A stretch of DNA of 32,000 nucleotides from Caldivirga maquilingensis IC-167 (GCF_000018305.1 NC_009954.1:690001-722000); one strand, 5' to 3'. Shown: positions 9,571-18,622, numbered from the stretch's first letter. Numbers and translations: made by a program. Notes: generated by a model from the letters alone, not told the origin.

Positions 9571-9582
9571 GTTAACGTTAAT
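9571..9582. promoter_or_regulatory. GTTAACGTTAAT palindromic element in the purD/purC divergent promoter region
   Basis: 10-bp perfect palindrome core TTAACGTTAA, ~28 nt upstream of the purC TATA centre. The identical 12-mer recurs at 31257-31268 in the same position relative to another TATA box. Confidence 0.25.
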
Positions 9583-9598
9583 AATTAAATTAAACAGT

Positions 9599-9610
9599 AA
9601 AATTTAAATA
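9599..9610 (+). promoter_or_regulatory. purC TATA box (AAAATTTAAATA)
   Basis: A/T box centred ~27 nt upstream of ATG 9633, consistent with a leaderless or short-leader archaeal promoter. Confidence 0.45.
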
Positions 9611-9632
9611 AGGAACCACTGGTGTAAGCGTA

Positions 9633-10358
9633 ATGAGCCTAGGGGAGGGTAAGTTAATCTATGAGGGGAAGGCTAAGAGGGTTTACTTAATTAATAATGA
9701 GGAGTTAGTAATGGAGTTTAAGGATGAGGTAACTGCACTGGATGGGGCACGTAAGGAGTATGCTCCAGGTAAGGGTAAGTTAGCTGCTTCTCAAACGGCA
9801 TTCTTCATGAGTTACCTCAATGAATCTGGGGTAAGGACTCACTTCATTAATTGGGATGGGGATAGGAGGATTCACGTTAGGAGATTGAGAATGATCCCAG
9901 TGGAGGTTATTGTTAGGAATTACGCGTATGGTTCCTTCATAAGGAGAATGCCACTCATAAAACCACTCACTAAGTTCACTACCCCACTGGTGGAGTTTCA
10001 TCTTAAGAATGATGAGCTTCACGACCCTCTAATACTCATTGAGGACATTATTGAAGCTGGATTAACATCAATGGAACAGGTAATGGAGATTAGGAGTGTA
10101 TCACTTAAGGTTAATCACCTGCTCAGTGAATTATTAGGCAAGTATGGGTTAACCCTAGTTGATTTTAAACTTGAATTCGGGGTTAATAGTAATGGTGCAT
10201 TAGTTCTTGCTGATGAATTAAGCGGTGACACAATGAGAGTTCTCATGAATGGTAAACACCTTGATAAGGAACTCTTCAGAATGGGTGGGTCAGTTAAGGA
10301 GCTGATTGAGGCATACTCACGGTTAAACAGTATACTGGGCTTAGGGCTTAAAGGTTGA
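9633..10358 (+). CDS. purC: SAICAR synthase
   Basis: LIYEGKAKRVY N-terminus; 241 aa; LVDFKLEFG motif. Confidence 0.93.
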   Translation: MSLGEGKLIYEGKAKRVYLINNEELVMEFKDEVTALDGARKEYAPGKGKLAASQTAFFMSYLNESGVRTHFINWDGDRRIHVRRLRMIPVEVIVRNYAYGSFIRRMPLIKPLTKFTTPLVEFHLKNDELHDPLILIEDIIEAGLTSMEQVMEIRSVSLKVNHLLSELLGKYGLTLVDFKLEFGVNSNGALVLADELSGDTMRVLMNGKHLDKELFRMGGSVKELIEAYSRLNSILGLGLKG

Positions 10359-11346
10359 AATTCACGTTACCTAGATTAACCGTTAATCTACCACTATTAT
10401 TAACACTACCCATTACCCAATGCCTTAAACCGAATTCATCAATAGTATTCTCAACCCTACTAGCTTTCTCTTCATTCACAATTAGCATTAATCCAACACC
10501 CATGTTGAAGACCCTGTACATTTCACTCCACTCAACGTTACCAGTCTCCTTAATTACCCTAAATATGCATGGAGGTTCAGGCGCATTGAATTCAACACCC
10601 ATTTCACCAATCACCCTCCTAACCTTAGTGAAGCCTCCTCCTGTAACATTAACAGCCGCCTTAATTAAATTATCATTATACAGCCTCAACAGTAGTTTAC
10701 TGTAATTTAATGTTGGCTTAAGGAGTTCATTAGCCAATTGAACACTACACACCTCATCACTGAGCTTAAACCTACTTAGGAGAACCCTACGGGCTAGGGT
10801 GTAGCCATTCATGTGTAATCCATTGGATTCAACTCCAATAATTAAGTCACCTGCATTAACCCTCATTAATCTACCCCCACTCTTAATACCCAGTACGGTG
10901 CAGGATACGTCTATTCCATTAATTAAGTCAGGCATTATTGCCGTTTCCCCACCAAGTAATACTATGTTTGATTCCAGTGAGGCATCGGTAACACCCTTAA
11001 TCACTTCACCGACGGCTTCAGTATCATTACTTGAGATGGCTATGTAATCCACCACAGCCATTGGGGTTACGCCGTCGCATGCAACATCATTAATATTACT
11101 CACTACGCAATCCCACCCAAGAACCCTCAGTTTCCTTGCTTCCCAAGCTATAATTGACTTAGTGCCAACCCCATCAGTGTGCATTGTTAATTCAACGCCG
11201 TTTAGTGTAATTAACCTAGTGAAGTTCCCCTCAATTAACTTTACTCCAAGGGATTCCTCAATACGCCTAATCGCGTCCTGGGCTATTGAGTGCATGCTGT
11301 GGTGTTTACTTAAATCCACCCCAGCTTTACTGTAAGTCCACTTCAT
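10348..11346 (-). CDS. purM: AIR synthase (phosphoribosylformylglycinamidine cyclo-ligase)
   Basis: YSKAGVDL N-terminus, DGVGTK motif and PurM N/C domains; 332 aa. Its 3' end overlaps the purC 3' end by 11 nt. Confidence 0.92.
   Translation of the reverse strand: MKWTYSKAGVDLSKHHSMHSIAQDAIRRIEESLGVKLIEGNFTRLITLNGVELTMHTDGVGTKSIIAWEARKLRVLGWDCVVSNINDVACDGVTPMAVVDYIAISSNDTEAVGEVIKGVTDASLESNIVLLGGETAIMPDLINGIDVSCTVLGIKSGGRLMRVNAGDLIIGVESNGLHMNGYTLARRVLLSRFKLSDEVCSVQLANELLKPTLNYSKLLLRLYNDNLIKAAVNVTGGGFTKVRRVIGEMGVEFNAPEPPCIFRVIKETGNVEWSEMYRVFNMGVGLMLIVNEEKASRVENTIDEFGLRHWVMGSVNNSGRLTVNLGNVNFNL
10372..10390. promoter_or_regulatory. 19-nt perfect palindrome TAGATTAAC-C-GTTAATCTA
   Basis: 9-bp arms with a 1-nt spacer. 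It begins 14 nt after the purC stop, inside the purM C-terminal codons, and shares TTAAC/GTTAA half-sites with the 9571 and 31257 elements. Confidence 0.3.
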
Positions 11347-12550
11347 GGTCCCTCCTCAGGAAGCATTCTAGGCATAGGTTCCCCTTCCCTATCCCTACAT
11401 CCTCCGCAGCCTTGATTAAGTCACTTAGTTGAAGCCAGGATATTGAATCAACCTCAAGTAACTTAACTAAGTCCTCGTCATTAGGGAATACATTAGCCAG
11501 TAATTGCTCATCGGGAGGCATGTTGACGCCGTATGGGCAACGCCTCACTATCCTTGGGCTGGCTATGGCTACGTGAATCTCCTTAACCCCTGCCCTATGC
11601 CTAAGGGCCTGGGATATTTCCTTAATTGTTAAGCCGCTTACCAGTGAGTCATCAATTAGGAGGAGTTTCCTCCCCCTAATGGCGTTGATGACTGGGTTAA
11701 CCTTAAGGTGTATTGATGATAGTTTATCAATCAATTCACTGGTTAATGCTGATCTACGCCTCTCAATAATGCTTAAGGCAAGTTCAACAGGCTTACCCAG
11801 TGATTCACCAACCTTAACGGCATAGAGGACACCGGTTTCAGGAACCCCAACCACTGAGTCAACGTTAACCTTAATCCCCTTAGCCATTCTCTTAGCTAAA
11901 TTAACCCTAAAGGCATACACTGAGTGTCCATCCACCTCAGAGTCAGGTCTAGCCATGTAGATTAACTCCAGTGAACACACCTTACCTGCTTTACCCACGC
12001 CCCCGTTAAACTCAACATTATTCCTACTAATCGTAACTAATGCCCCTGGTTCAATGAACCTCCTCACCGAACCACCCATGGCGTTAATGGCTGAGGTTTC
12101 ATTAGATATTATGGCTAAGTCGAAACCGTAGGCACCTAGGGCTAGGTTTCTCAACCCACTACTGGGTCTTAGGCCCATTAATCTACCATCGCTTGTTAAG
12201 GCAATAACCGATGATTGAGCCTTAGGTTGCTTACCATTGCTAACTAGATCGCATATATCCTCTGGTTTCAATTCCTGTCCCTCAACACAGTAAGCTACAG
12301 TTACGTCACCGCATTTAGTAACCCCCACTGATGATTCATCAATGTAGGTGCAGGCCAAGGCCACCCACCCGTTGAATCCCTTGAATTCAAGGTCATTAAC
12401 AAGCCCTGTACGTAAATTATCACTTAAGACGGCTATGAAGTATCGCCCATTACCCCTATGCTTAAGCGCCATTAATGGGTATTTAATAACCTTAACCACA
12501 TCCCAGCCCTCGTGGAAGGATAATACACCCACAACCCCGATTACACCCAT
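11327..12550 (-). CDS. PurF-like amidophosphoribosyltransferase paralogue lacking the N-terminal Cys nucleophile
   Basis: 407 aa starting MGVIGVVG, against MCGI in the upstream paralogue. The RYST and NG glutaminase motifs are degraded. The PRTase loop LLLIDDSLVSGLT and the four Fe-S cysteine positions are retained (VCSLELIYMARPDS, RRCPYG, CLECF). The start overlaps the purF stop (TAATG). Confidence 0.8.
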   Translation of the reverse strand: MGVIGVVGVLSFHEGWDVVKVIKYPLMALKHRGNGRYFIAVLSDNLRTGLVNDLEFKGFNGWVALACTYIDESSVGVTKCGDVTVAYCVEGQELKPEDICDLVSNGKQPKAQSSVIALTSDGRLMGLRPSSGLRNLALGAYGFDLAIISNETSAINAMGGSVRRFIEPGALVTISRNNVEFNGGVGKAGKVCSLELIYMARPDSEVDGHSVYAFRVNLAKRMAKGIKVNVDSVVGVPETGVLYAVKVGESLGKPVELALSIIERRRSALTSELIDKLSSIHLKVNPVINAIRGRKLLLIDDSLVSGLTIKEISQALRHRAGVKEIHVAIASPRIVRRCPYGVNMPPDEQLLANVFPNDEDLVKLLEVDSISWLQLSDLIKAAEDVGIGKGNLCLECFLRRDHEVDLQ

Positions 12551-13851
12551 TACCTATCACCCGTGAAGGCCCCCTCTAATTCATCAATGTTAACCTTAAA
12601 CGGGTACTCCCCTGTGAAGCATGCTGTACATAATTCCACCGTGCCTATGGCCTCCTTAAGTTCATCAACGGTTAAGTAGGTTAGTGAATCTGAACCCAGC
12701 ATTGACTTAACTTCCCCTATGGATTTACCATGAGCTATTAATTCACGCCTACTTGGGAAGTCCATCCCCATGAAGCATGGGTACCTCACGGGCGGTGAAG
12801 AAACCCTTACGTGAATTGCCTTAGCTCCAGCGGCCTTAACCTTAGGTATTATCCTCCTAAGCGTAGTACCCCTTATTATTGAGTCATCAATTAAGGCCAC
12901 TGACTTACCAGTCACCCCCTCCTTAATTACACTGTATAGTTCAAAGTCCCTATCCTTAGGCGGTTTTATGAATCCCCTCCCCATGAACCTATTCTTAACT
13001 ATGAACTCATTCAATGGCTTACCAAGGGCATTAGCATATGCTTGCGCAGCAACCCTGGCGGTTTCTGGGATTGGGGAAACCTCATCAACCTCCTCCCCCT
13101 CCTTCCTCGCTAACGCTAACCCAAGCCTACGCCTAGCACTATAGATGCTTATGCCGTTAAAAACTGAGTCAGGTCTTTGGAAGTAAATATACTCCAGGGC
13201 GCAGTACATTCTTCTAACACTAGGCCAATTCAATATCCTCTCCCCATTACTACCCAGCACCAGGGCGTTACCTGGCTTAACCTCAATCCACTTAATGCCT
13301 AAGGCATCTAGGACTGATGTTTCTGAGGCAAATACTACACCATCATTAGTGATTCCCATTGCAAGCGGTCTTAATCCCCATGGATCCCTAATAGCTATTA
13401 GTGAATTACCCCAAAGAGCCAGTATCGAGTAACCACCCTTAATGGTCTTGAAGACTTCATTAACAGTATCATCAATACTTAGCCTAGTTAATAGGTTCTT
13501 AAGGTATTGAGCCAGTATTAATGCATCATAATTAGAATTAACGATAATCCCCATTTCCCTTAACCTCATTTTCAATTCCTTATAATTAGCCACTGTACCA
13601 TTGAAGACTAACGCCAAGTCCCCTAAAACCACTGGTTGAAGCTCAACACCGTATGGTCCACTGGTGGAGTACCTGGCGTGTCCAAGGCAGAGATTAGACT
13701 CCAGTGGTATTGGGTCATTGACCTTAAGTAAAGCCCCATTACGAACGCAGACGTATGAGAATCCCTCCTGCCCTCTATGCATTAGCCATGGCGCCATTTT
13801 GCTCACCATTAGGTTTGCTCCTTGACCTAGGTAAGCCCATATGCCGCACAT
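12550..13851 (-). CDS. purF: amidophosphoribosyltransferase (glutamine PRPP amidotransferase)
   Basis: MCGIWAY start (Cys1), with HRGQEG, GHARYSTSG, FNGTVANY, LIDDSIIRGTT, and Fe-S ligand contexts YCALEYIYFQRPDS / RYPCFMGMD / CTACF. Confidence 0.93.
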   Translation of the reverse strand: MCGIWAYLGQGANLMVSKMAPWLMHRGQEGFSYVCVRNGALLKVNDPIPLESNLCLGHARYSTSGPYGVELQPVVLGDLALVFNGTVANYKELKMRLREMGIIVNSNYDALILAQYLKNLLTRLSIDDTVNEVFKTIKGGYSILALWGNSLIAIRDPWGLRPLAMGITNDGVVFASETSVLDALGIKWIEVKPGNALVLGSNGERILNWPSVRRMYCALEYIYFQRPDSVFNGISIYSARRRLGLALARKEGEEVDEVSPIPETARVAAQAYANALGKPLNEFIVKNRFMGRGFIKPPKDRDFELYSVIKEGVTGKSVALIDDSIIRGTTLRRIIPKVKAAGAKAIHVRVSSPPVRYPCFMGMDFPSRRELIAHGKSIGEVKSMLGSDSLTYLTVDELKEAIGTVELCTACFTGEYPFKVNIDELEGAFTGDR

Positions 13852-16025
13852 TATATGACACCCCTCAAGGAATCATTAATACTAACTAAGTCATCAACAC
13901 TCAGGGATGCTAACTCCAAGCCACCCCACTTAAACTGCACTATCCCTCCCCCTGATTCACCTAATACACCGTAAGGTACACCATTAGCCTCAATGATTCT
14001 TACCGTCTCCTTTAGATTACTGGTTTCAATAATGTATCTTGCGTTCGTTTCGGAGAAGGCCACGGTTACTGGGTCATTTAATCCCTGGGTTAATGGGGCT
14101 TTAGAAAGATCCACTGTGAAGCCTACGCCACCAATTATGGACATTTTAATGAGTGCTGCAGCTAATCCACCAACTCCAACATCCATTACTGCCTTGGCTA
14201 ATCCATTATTAATCAACTGCATAACTAGGTTAGCGTTCTTAACCTCACTCAATGGCTTAGGTTCAGGGGGTTCACCAGCCACTAGGCCATGTACACTGTG
14301 TAGGAATTCAGAGCCCCCTAATTCAGGTCCTGTGTCACCAATAATCACCAACCAGCCTTCACCGGTTAAGCCACCTTCAATTGCCTTAGCGTAATCATTA
14401 ACCACACCCAACACTGCCACTGCCACCACGGGCTTTATTGATGCACCAGTTACTGAGTCCTCATTATAGAAGCTTACCTTACCCCCAACGAAGGGTATGC
14501 CTAGGGCATTACCCATCCATGTTAAGCCCTCCACGGTCTTAACGAAGTACCAGTATTTATCCGGCTTCTCAGGATTACCCACGTTTATTGAATCAACGGC
14601 AGCTATTGGCTTAGCCCCCACTGAGGCAACATTCCTATACGCCTTAGCCAGTGAATTAGCTGCACCAGTGAATGGATTTAAGTAACTGTACCTTGGGTTT
14701 GAGTCAGCCTTAACGGCGATCCCTAACTTACCGTCCCCACCATCCTCCTCAAGTAACCTAAGTACCGTTGCCCCAGCCCTACCAGGCTTAATAACAGTCC
14801 TAACACCGACTTCGTAATCATACTGAGTGTATATTACCTCCTTAGATGCCAGGTTGGGGCTTGAGGCTACTTTAATTAAAGCCTCATTAAACTTGACGCT
14901 AGGTAGTGGTGGAATACGCCTTAGCCTCATTAAGTACACTGGTTCAGTATATTTGCGTATTGGTTCAGGGGGATTAGTGATTAGGTCTAGGGGTAGGTCA
15001 ATTAACTTAATCCCCTTGTAGTAGGCGGTGAATTTACCGTCATTAGTTAACTTACCTATTAGGTCAAACCCCACCTCATACTTCCTTAACACTGCTTCAA
15101 CATAGCTTAATCTACTTGGGTCAACAACAATAATCATCCTCTCCTGGGACTCTGAGACAAGTATCTCCTCAGGCTTTAACTCATCCCTAAGCCTAATGTT
15201 GGTTAAATCAACCTCAATGCCTAAGCCTAATTGATGAGCCAATTCACTTAAAGCCGTTGCTAACCCACCTCCCCCCACATCCTTAATTGCCTTAACTAGC
15301 CCCCTCTCCCCCAGCTCCATTAATGCATCTATGAGTAGCTTCTCAAGAAGTGGGTTACCTACCTGCACCGCGCCTATGTCATCGCTACTGCTTAGTTCCC
15401 TTGATGCAAAGGAGCTCCCCAGCATGCCATCCCTACCGGTGTCATTACCCACAACTAGGACTAGGTCACCTACCTTACCCTCACCCCATATTACCCTCTT
15501 AAAATCACCAGCACCTATGCAGGTTACTAGAACTATTGGATTATTGTTGAAGGATTCATCAAACCAAGTCTCCCCACCAACCACTGGTACCCCAATCCTA
15601 TTACCGTAGTCGGATATGCCCTTAATGATATTCCTACTCAACCATAGGGAACGCTGATTATCTAAGCTACCTAAATGTAGATTATCAAGGAGGGCTATTG
15701 GCCTTAGGCCCGTGGTTAAAATATCCCTAACAATCCCACCAACACCAGTGGCTGCCCCATCATATGGGTCAACCGCGGATGGGTGATTATGGCTCTCTAT
15801 CTTAAAGGTAACGGCAATATTATTAATTCTAATAATCGGCGCATCAAGACCAGATCCCCTAATCACCAGCGGTGACTTTGATGGTAATAACCTAATCCAT
15901 GCCCTACTGCTCTTATAAGAGCAGTGTTCACTCCACTCGGCCTCAAAGATCAACCACTCAGCCTCAGTTGGATTCCTACCTAGGGTGTTAATTATAATCT
16001 TGGCCTCATCGCTTGTTAACCCCAT
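13851..16025 (-). CDS. purL: FGAM synthase II, large subunit
   Basis: 724 aa small-type PurL: EAEWSEHCSYKSS, ESHNHPSAVDPY, and duplicated PurM-like domains. Its stop overlaps the purF start (TAATG). Confidence 0.93.
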   Translation of the reverse strand: MGLTSDEAKIIINTLGRNPTEAEWLIFEAEWSEHCSYKSSRAWIRLLPSKSPLVIRGSGLDAPIIRINNIAVTFKIESHNHPSAVDPYDGAATGVGGIVRDILTTGLRPIALLDNLHLGSLDNQRSLWLSRNIIKGISDYGNRIGVPVVGGETWFDESFNNNPIVLVTCIGAGDFKRVIWGEGKVGDLVLVVGNDTGRDGMLGSSFASRELSSSDDIGAVQVGNPLLEKLLIDALMELGERGLVKAIKDVGGGGLATALSELAHQLGLGIEVDLTNIRLRDELKPEEILVSESQERMIIVVDPSRLSYVEAVLRKYEVGFDLIGKLTNDGKFTAYYKGIKLIDLPLDLITNPPEPIRKYTEPVYLMRLRRIPPLPSVKFNEALIKVASSPNLASKEVIYTQYDYEVGVRTVIKPGRAGATVLRLLEEDGGDGKLGIAVKADSNPRYSYLNPFTGAANSLAKAYRNVASVGAKPIAAVDSINVGNPEKPDKYWYFVKTVEGLTWMGNALGIPFVGGKVSFYNEDSVTGASIKPVVAVAVLGVVNDYAKAIEGGLTGEGWLVIIGDTGPELGGSEFLHSVHGLVAGEPPEPKPLSEVKNANLVMQLINNGLAKAVMDVGVGGLAAALIKMSIIGGVGFTVDLSKAPLTQGLNDPVTVAFSETNARYIIETSNLKETVRIIEANGVPYGVLGESGGGIVQFKWGGLELASLSVDDLVSINDSLRGVI

Positions 16026-16088
16026 TTCATCACCTCATTTAATTTTTTAATTGAATACATATGGGTTACTAACTATTTCTCGGTTAAC

Positions 16089-16097
16089 TTTTTAAAT
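16089..16097 (+). promoter_or_regulatory. purE TATA box (TTTTTAAAT)
   Basis: Centred ~25 nt upstream of ATG 16118, in the purL/purE divergent spacer. Confidence 0.45.
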
Positions 16098-16117
16098 CTT
16101 TTGTTGAAATACTGGTT

Positions 16118-16600
16118 ATGAATCCCCTAGTAGGGGTCATAATGGGTAGCAGGAGTGATTGGGAAGTAATGAAGGATGCCGTCGACGTATTGAAGCAACT
16201 AGGGATACCATATGAGGCTAAGGTGATTTCAGCCCATAGAACACCAGACTTAATGTATCAGTACGCGAGAAGCGCCTTAGAAAGAGGCCTGGAGGTTATA
16301 ATAGCAGGCGCTGGTGGTGCTGCTCACCTACCAGGTATGGTTGCATCCCTGACACCATTACCCGTAATAGGTGTCCCAATCCCATCAAAGCACCTTAATG
16401 GCCTTGACTCCCTCCTCTCAATAGTTCAAATGCCCTATGGAGTACCAGTGGCCACTGTGGCTATTGGTAATGCTAAGAATGCGGCCTTATTAGCGGCTAG
16501 GATAATTGGCGTGAAGCACCCTGAGTTCATGAGTAAGGTTACTGAGTTAATGGAAGCCATGAGGAATGAGGTTATGAGAATGGTGCTCAATGATGCGTAG
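16118..16600 (+). CDS. purE: N5-CAIR mutase (class I PurE)
   Basis: [17 protein letters not shown] and [10 protein letters not shown] motifs; 160 aa. Confidence 0.93.
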   Translation: MNPLVGVIMGSRSDWEVMKDAVDVLKQLGIPYEAKVISAHRTPDLMYQYARSALERGLEVIIAGAGGAAHLPGMVASLTPLPVIGVPIPSKHLNGLDSLLSIVQMPYGVPVATVAIGNAKNAALLAARIIGVKHPEFMSKVTELMEAMRNEVMRMVLNDA

Positions 16601-17753
16601 CATTGGTGTACTTGGGGGTGGGCAATTAGGGTTAATGATGGTTCTTGAGGGTAGAAGAATGGGCATTAGGTTCAATGTCTATGATGAGAAACCTGACGCC
16701 CCAGCCTTAAGGATTGCGGATGCAGTGTATTCAGGTGATGATTGGGTTAAATTAATTAATGACAGTGACGTGATTACTGTTGAATTTGAGCACGTTAACC
16801 CAAGGGCCCTGGAGTTGGCTCATGAGGCAGGTAAGCTAAGGCCAAGCCTTAATTCAATAATCCCAAAGCAGGATAAGATTAAGGAGAGGCTAATGTTAAG
16901 TAACCTAGGCCTACCAACCCCCAGATTCATGATAGCCCATGGACCTGAGGACATTGAGAAGGCCTATAGGACCCTTGGGAAACTGGTGGTTAAGGTACCT
17001 AATGGTGCCTATGATGGTAAGGGGCAATTCTACGTAACCAATGAGGAGGATTTACCCGCAATACCGGTCCAGTACCCGTTACTGGTTGATGAATTTATTA
17101 ATATTGAGAAGGAGGTATCCGTTATACTGGCCAGGGCAGTTAATGGTGAAGTGGCCGTTTACCCAATAACTGAGAATCATAATCATAACGGTATGTTGCT
17201 TTACAGTAGGGCGCCGGCTAACATTAATGAAGACTTATCAGGCAAGGCCACTGAATTAGCCGTGAAGCTTGCTAATTCACTTAACTACGTTGGTGTACTC
17301 GCAGTGGAATTCTTCCTAACTAAGGACCAGGAATTACTCATAAATGAGTATGCACCAAGGGTTCACAATACTGGGCACTGGACCCTGAGTGGTGCAGTGA
17401 CTAGTCAATTTGAGAACCACCTTAGAGCTATACTGGGCCTCCCTCTGGGTAACACTAGGTTACTTAAGCCCACAGCTATAGTCAACATGATAGGTGTACA
17501 GTATAGTGAGGAGTTGATTAATTCAATTCTTAAGATACCGGGTACAAGGGTGTGGTGGTATGGTAAGAGTCAAGTTAGGCCGAGGAGGAAGATGGGTCAT
17601 GTGACAATAGTGGCGGATAATGATGAGGAGTTAACACAGAGGATAAGGGATATATTAAGTGTTATTTATGGGTCATTAATTAACCACTTCATTCCACCAT
17701 GGGACCACGTAGACGGTATACAAGGCATTACTGGGCATGGGACTCCTCATTAA
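16590..17753 (+). CDS. purK: N5-CAIR synthetase
   Basis: ATP-grasp protein with [11 protein letters not shown]-terminus, [14 protein letters not shown] and RKMGHVT motifs. It overlaps purE by 11 nt. Confidence 0.9.
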   Translation: MMRSIGVLGGGQLGLMMVLEGRRMGIRFNVYDEKPDAPALRIADAVYSGDDWVKLINDSDVITVEFEHVNPRALELAHEAGKLRPSLNSIIPKQDKIKERLMLSNLGLPTPRFMIAHGPEDIEKAYRTLGKLVVKVPNGAYDGKGQFYVTNEEDLPAIPVQYPLLVDEFINIEKEVSVILARAVNGEVAVYPITENHNHNGMLLYSRAPANINEDLSGKATELAVKLANSLNYVGVLAVEFFLTKDQELLINEYAPRVHNTGHWTLSGAVTSQFENHLRAILGLPLGNTRLLKPTAIVNMIGVQYSEELINSILKIPGTRVWWYGKSQVRPRRKMGHVTIVADNDEELTQRIRDILSVIYGSLINHFIPPWDHVDGIQGITGHGTPH

Positions 17754-17794
17754 TCAACGCATATTCATTAACCCAGCATTAAACTAACTGCCTC

Positions 17795-18389
17795 TTACCC
17801 CTGTGTTAATGCGGTTAAGCTAAGTATGGCTAATACCACGCCTAAGCTCATTACTACAACCATTGGAGCCCACCCACCTATTAATAAGCCCCAATTATAA
17901 GAAATACCTAAGCCACTGGCCCTGTATTGTACATTAAATCTATTAATCAGTAGGTATGGTACAAGACCCATTGCGAAGTTCTCAGTGAATGCAAGTATAA
18001 TGAGGTTCACTAGGTTTGGATGCAGTATTAGGGCTATTGGTGCATAGGCTAGGGAGGCTATTAATGTAACTACAATGAGCCACTTATAATTAATAATGAG
18101 AGCAAGGGGTCCTGCAAGTAGTACCGCTATGACTGCGGCTACTGTGGATAATAGCATTACGCTTGGTATTAGGTTCACGGCACCGATGGTGCTTAGGAAG
18201 TCAGAGTATATTAAAATATGTTGAGTAATATATTGTTAATAATCCACCGGTGAATAATATGCCGAATCCCAATGAGGCGCCACCCTGCTTAAACAGTAAT
18301 GTTAATGGATTAGACTTAGGCCTCGACCATATGGGTGATTCAATTAACCTACTCCTAATAACAAACGCTAACACAGCAACAATGGCCCT
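17795..18389 (-). pseudogene. MFS (metabolite:H+ symporter-like) transporter remnant, N-terminally truncated and frameshifted
   Basis: Two minus-strand fragments in different frames. Fragment 18389-18204 reads RAIVAVLAFVIRSRLIESPIWSRPKSNPLTLLFKQGGASLGFGILFTGGLLTIYYSTYFNIL*, matching a TM6 / ESP loop / TM7 region. Fragment 18235-17795 reads ...DFLSTIGAVNLIPSVMLL...RFNVQYRASGLGISYNWGLLIGGWAP..., a C-terminal half. The frameshift lies within 18201-18235 and an in-frame stop at 18390-18392. There is no room for TM1-5 before the tRNA at 18525. Confidence 0.6.
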
Positions 18390-18524
18390 TTACCTCATGG
18401 AATCAATACTCCTCTGCACAATTAGCTTAAGGCTTTAACCCAATTTAATTTTCCCCATCCCTCAATTAAATCATAAACCAATCATGGTTTAATTATGAGA
18501 GAATCTTCACTGAATTATTAAGCC

Positions 18525-18601
18525 TGGTGGGCCCGGAGGGATTTGAACCCCCGACCTACAGGTCTGGAGCCTGCCGCTCTACCGTGCTGAGCTACGGGCC
18601 C
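18525..18601 (-). tRNA. tRNA-Trp (anticodon CCA), no intron, 3' CCA encoded
   Basis: The reverse complement is GGGCCCGTAGCTCAGCACGGTAGAGCGGCAGGCTCCAGACCTGTAGGTCGGGGGTTCAAATCCCTCCGGGCCCACCA. It folds by hand as a cloverleaf: 7-bp acceptor stem, GCTC/GAGC D stem, GCAGG/CCTGT anticodon stem, loop CU-CCA-GA, TTCAAAT T loop, and discriminator A followed by CCA. Confidence 0.92.
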
Positions 18602-18622
18602 TGTGCTTAGAGTCTTGTGGGT

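Noticed and set aside
6551-16025. Many 60-130 aa ORFs antisense to pur genes: 6551..6790, 6796..7056, 8135..8323, 9247..9510, 9780..10022, 10355..10705, 10811..11047, 12348..12566, 13993..14394, 14497..14685, 14827..15021, 15331..15609
   Set aside because: All are nested in strongly supported pur genes on the opposite strand or in another frame. Their S/L/P/T-rich low-complexity translations are expected from the codon bias of the real genes.
18250-18438. 62-aa plus-strand ORF
   Set aside because: It is antisense to the recognisable MFS remnant (the ESPIW loop fragment). The homology signal is on the minus strand.
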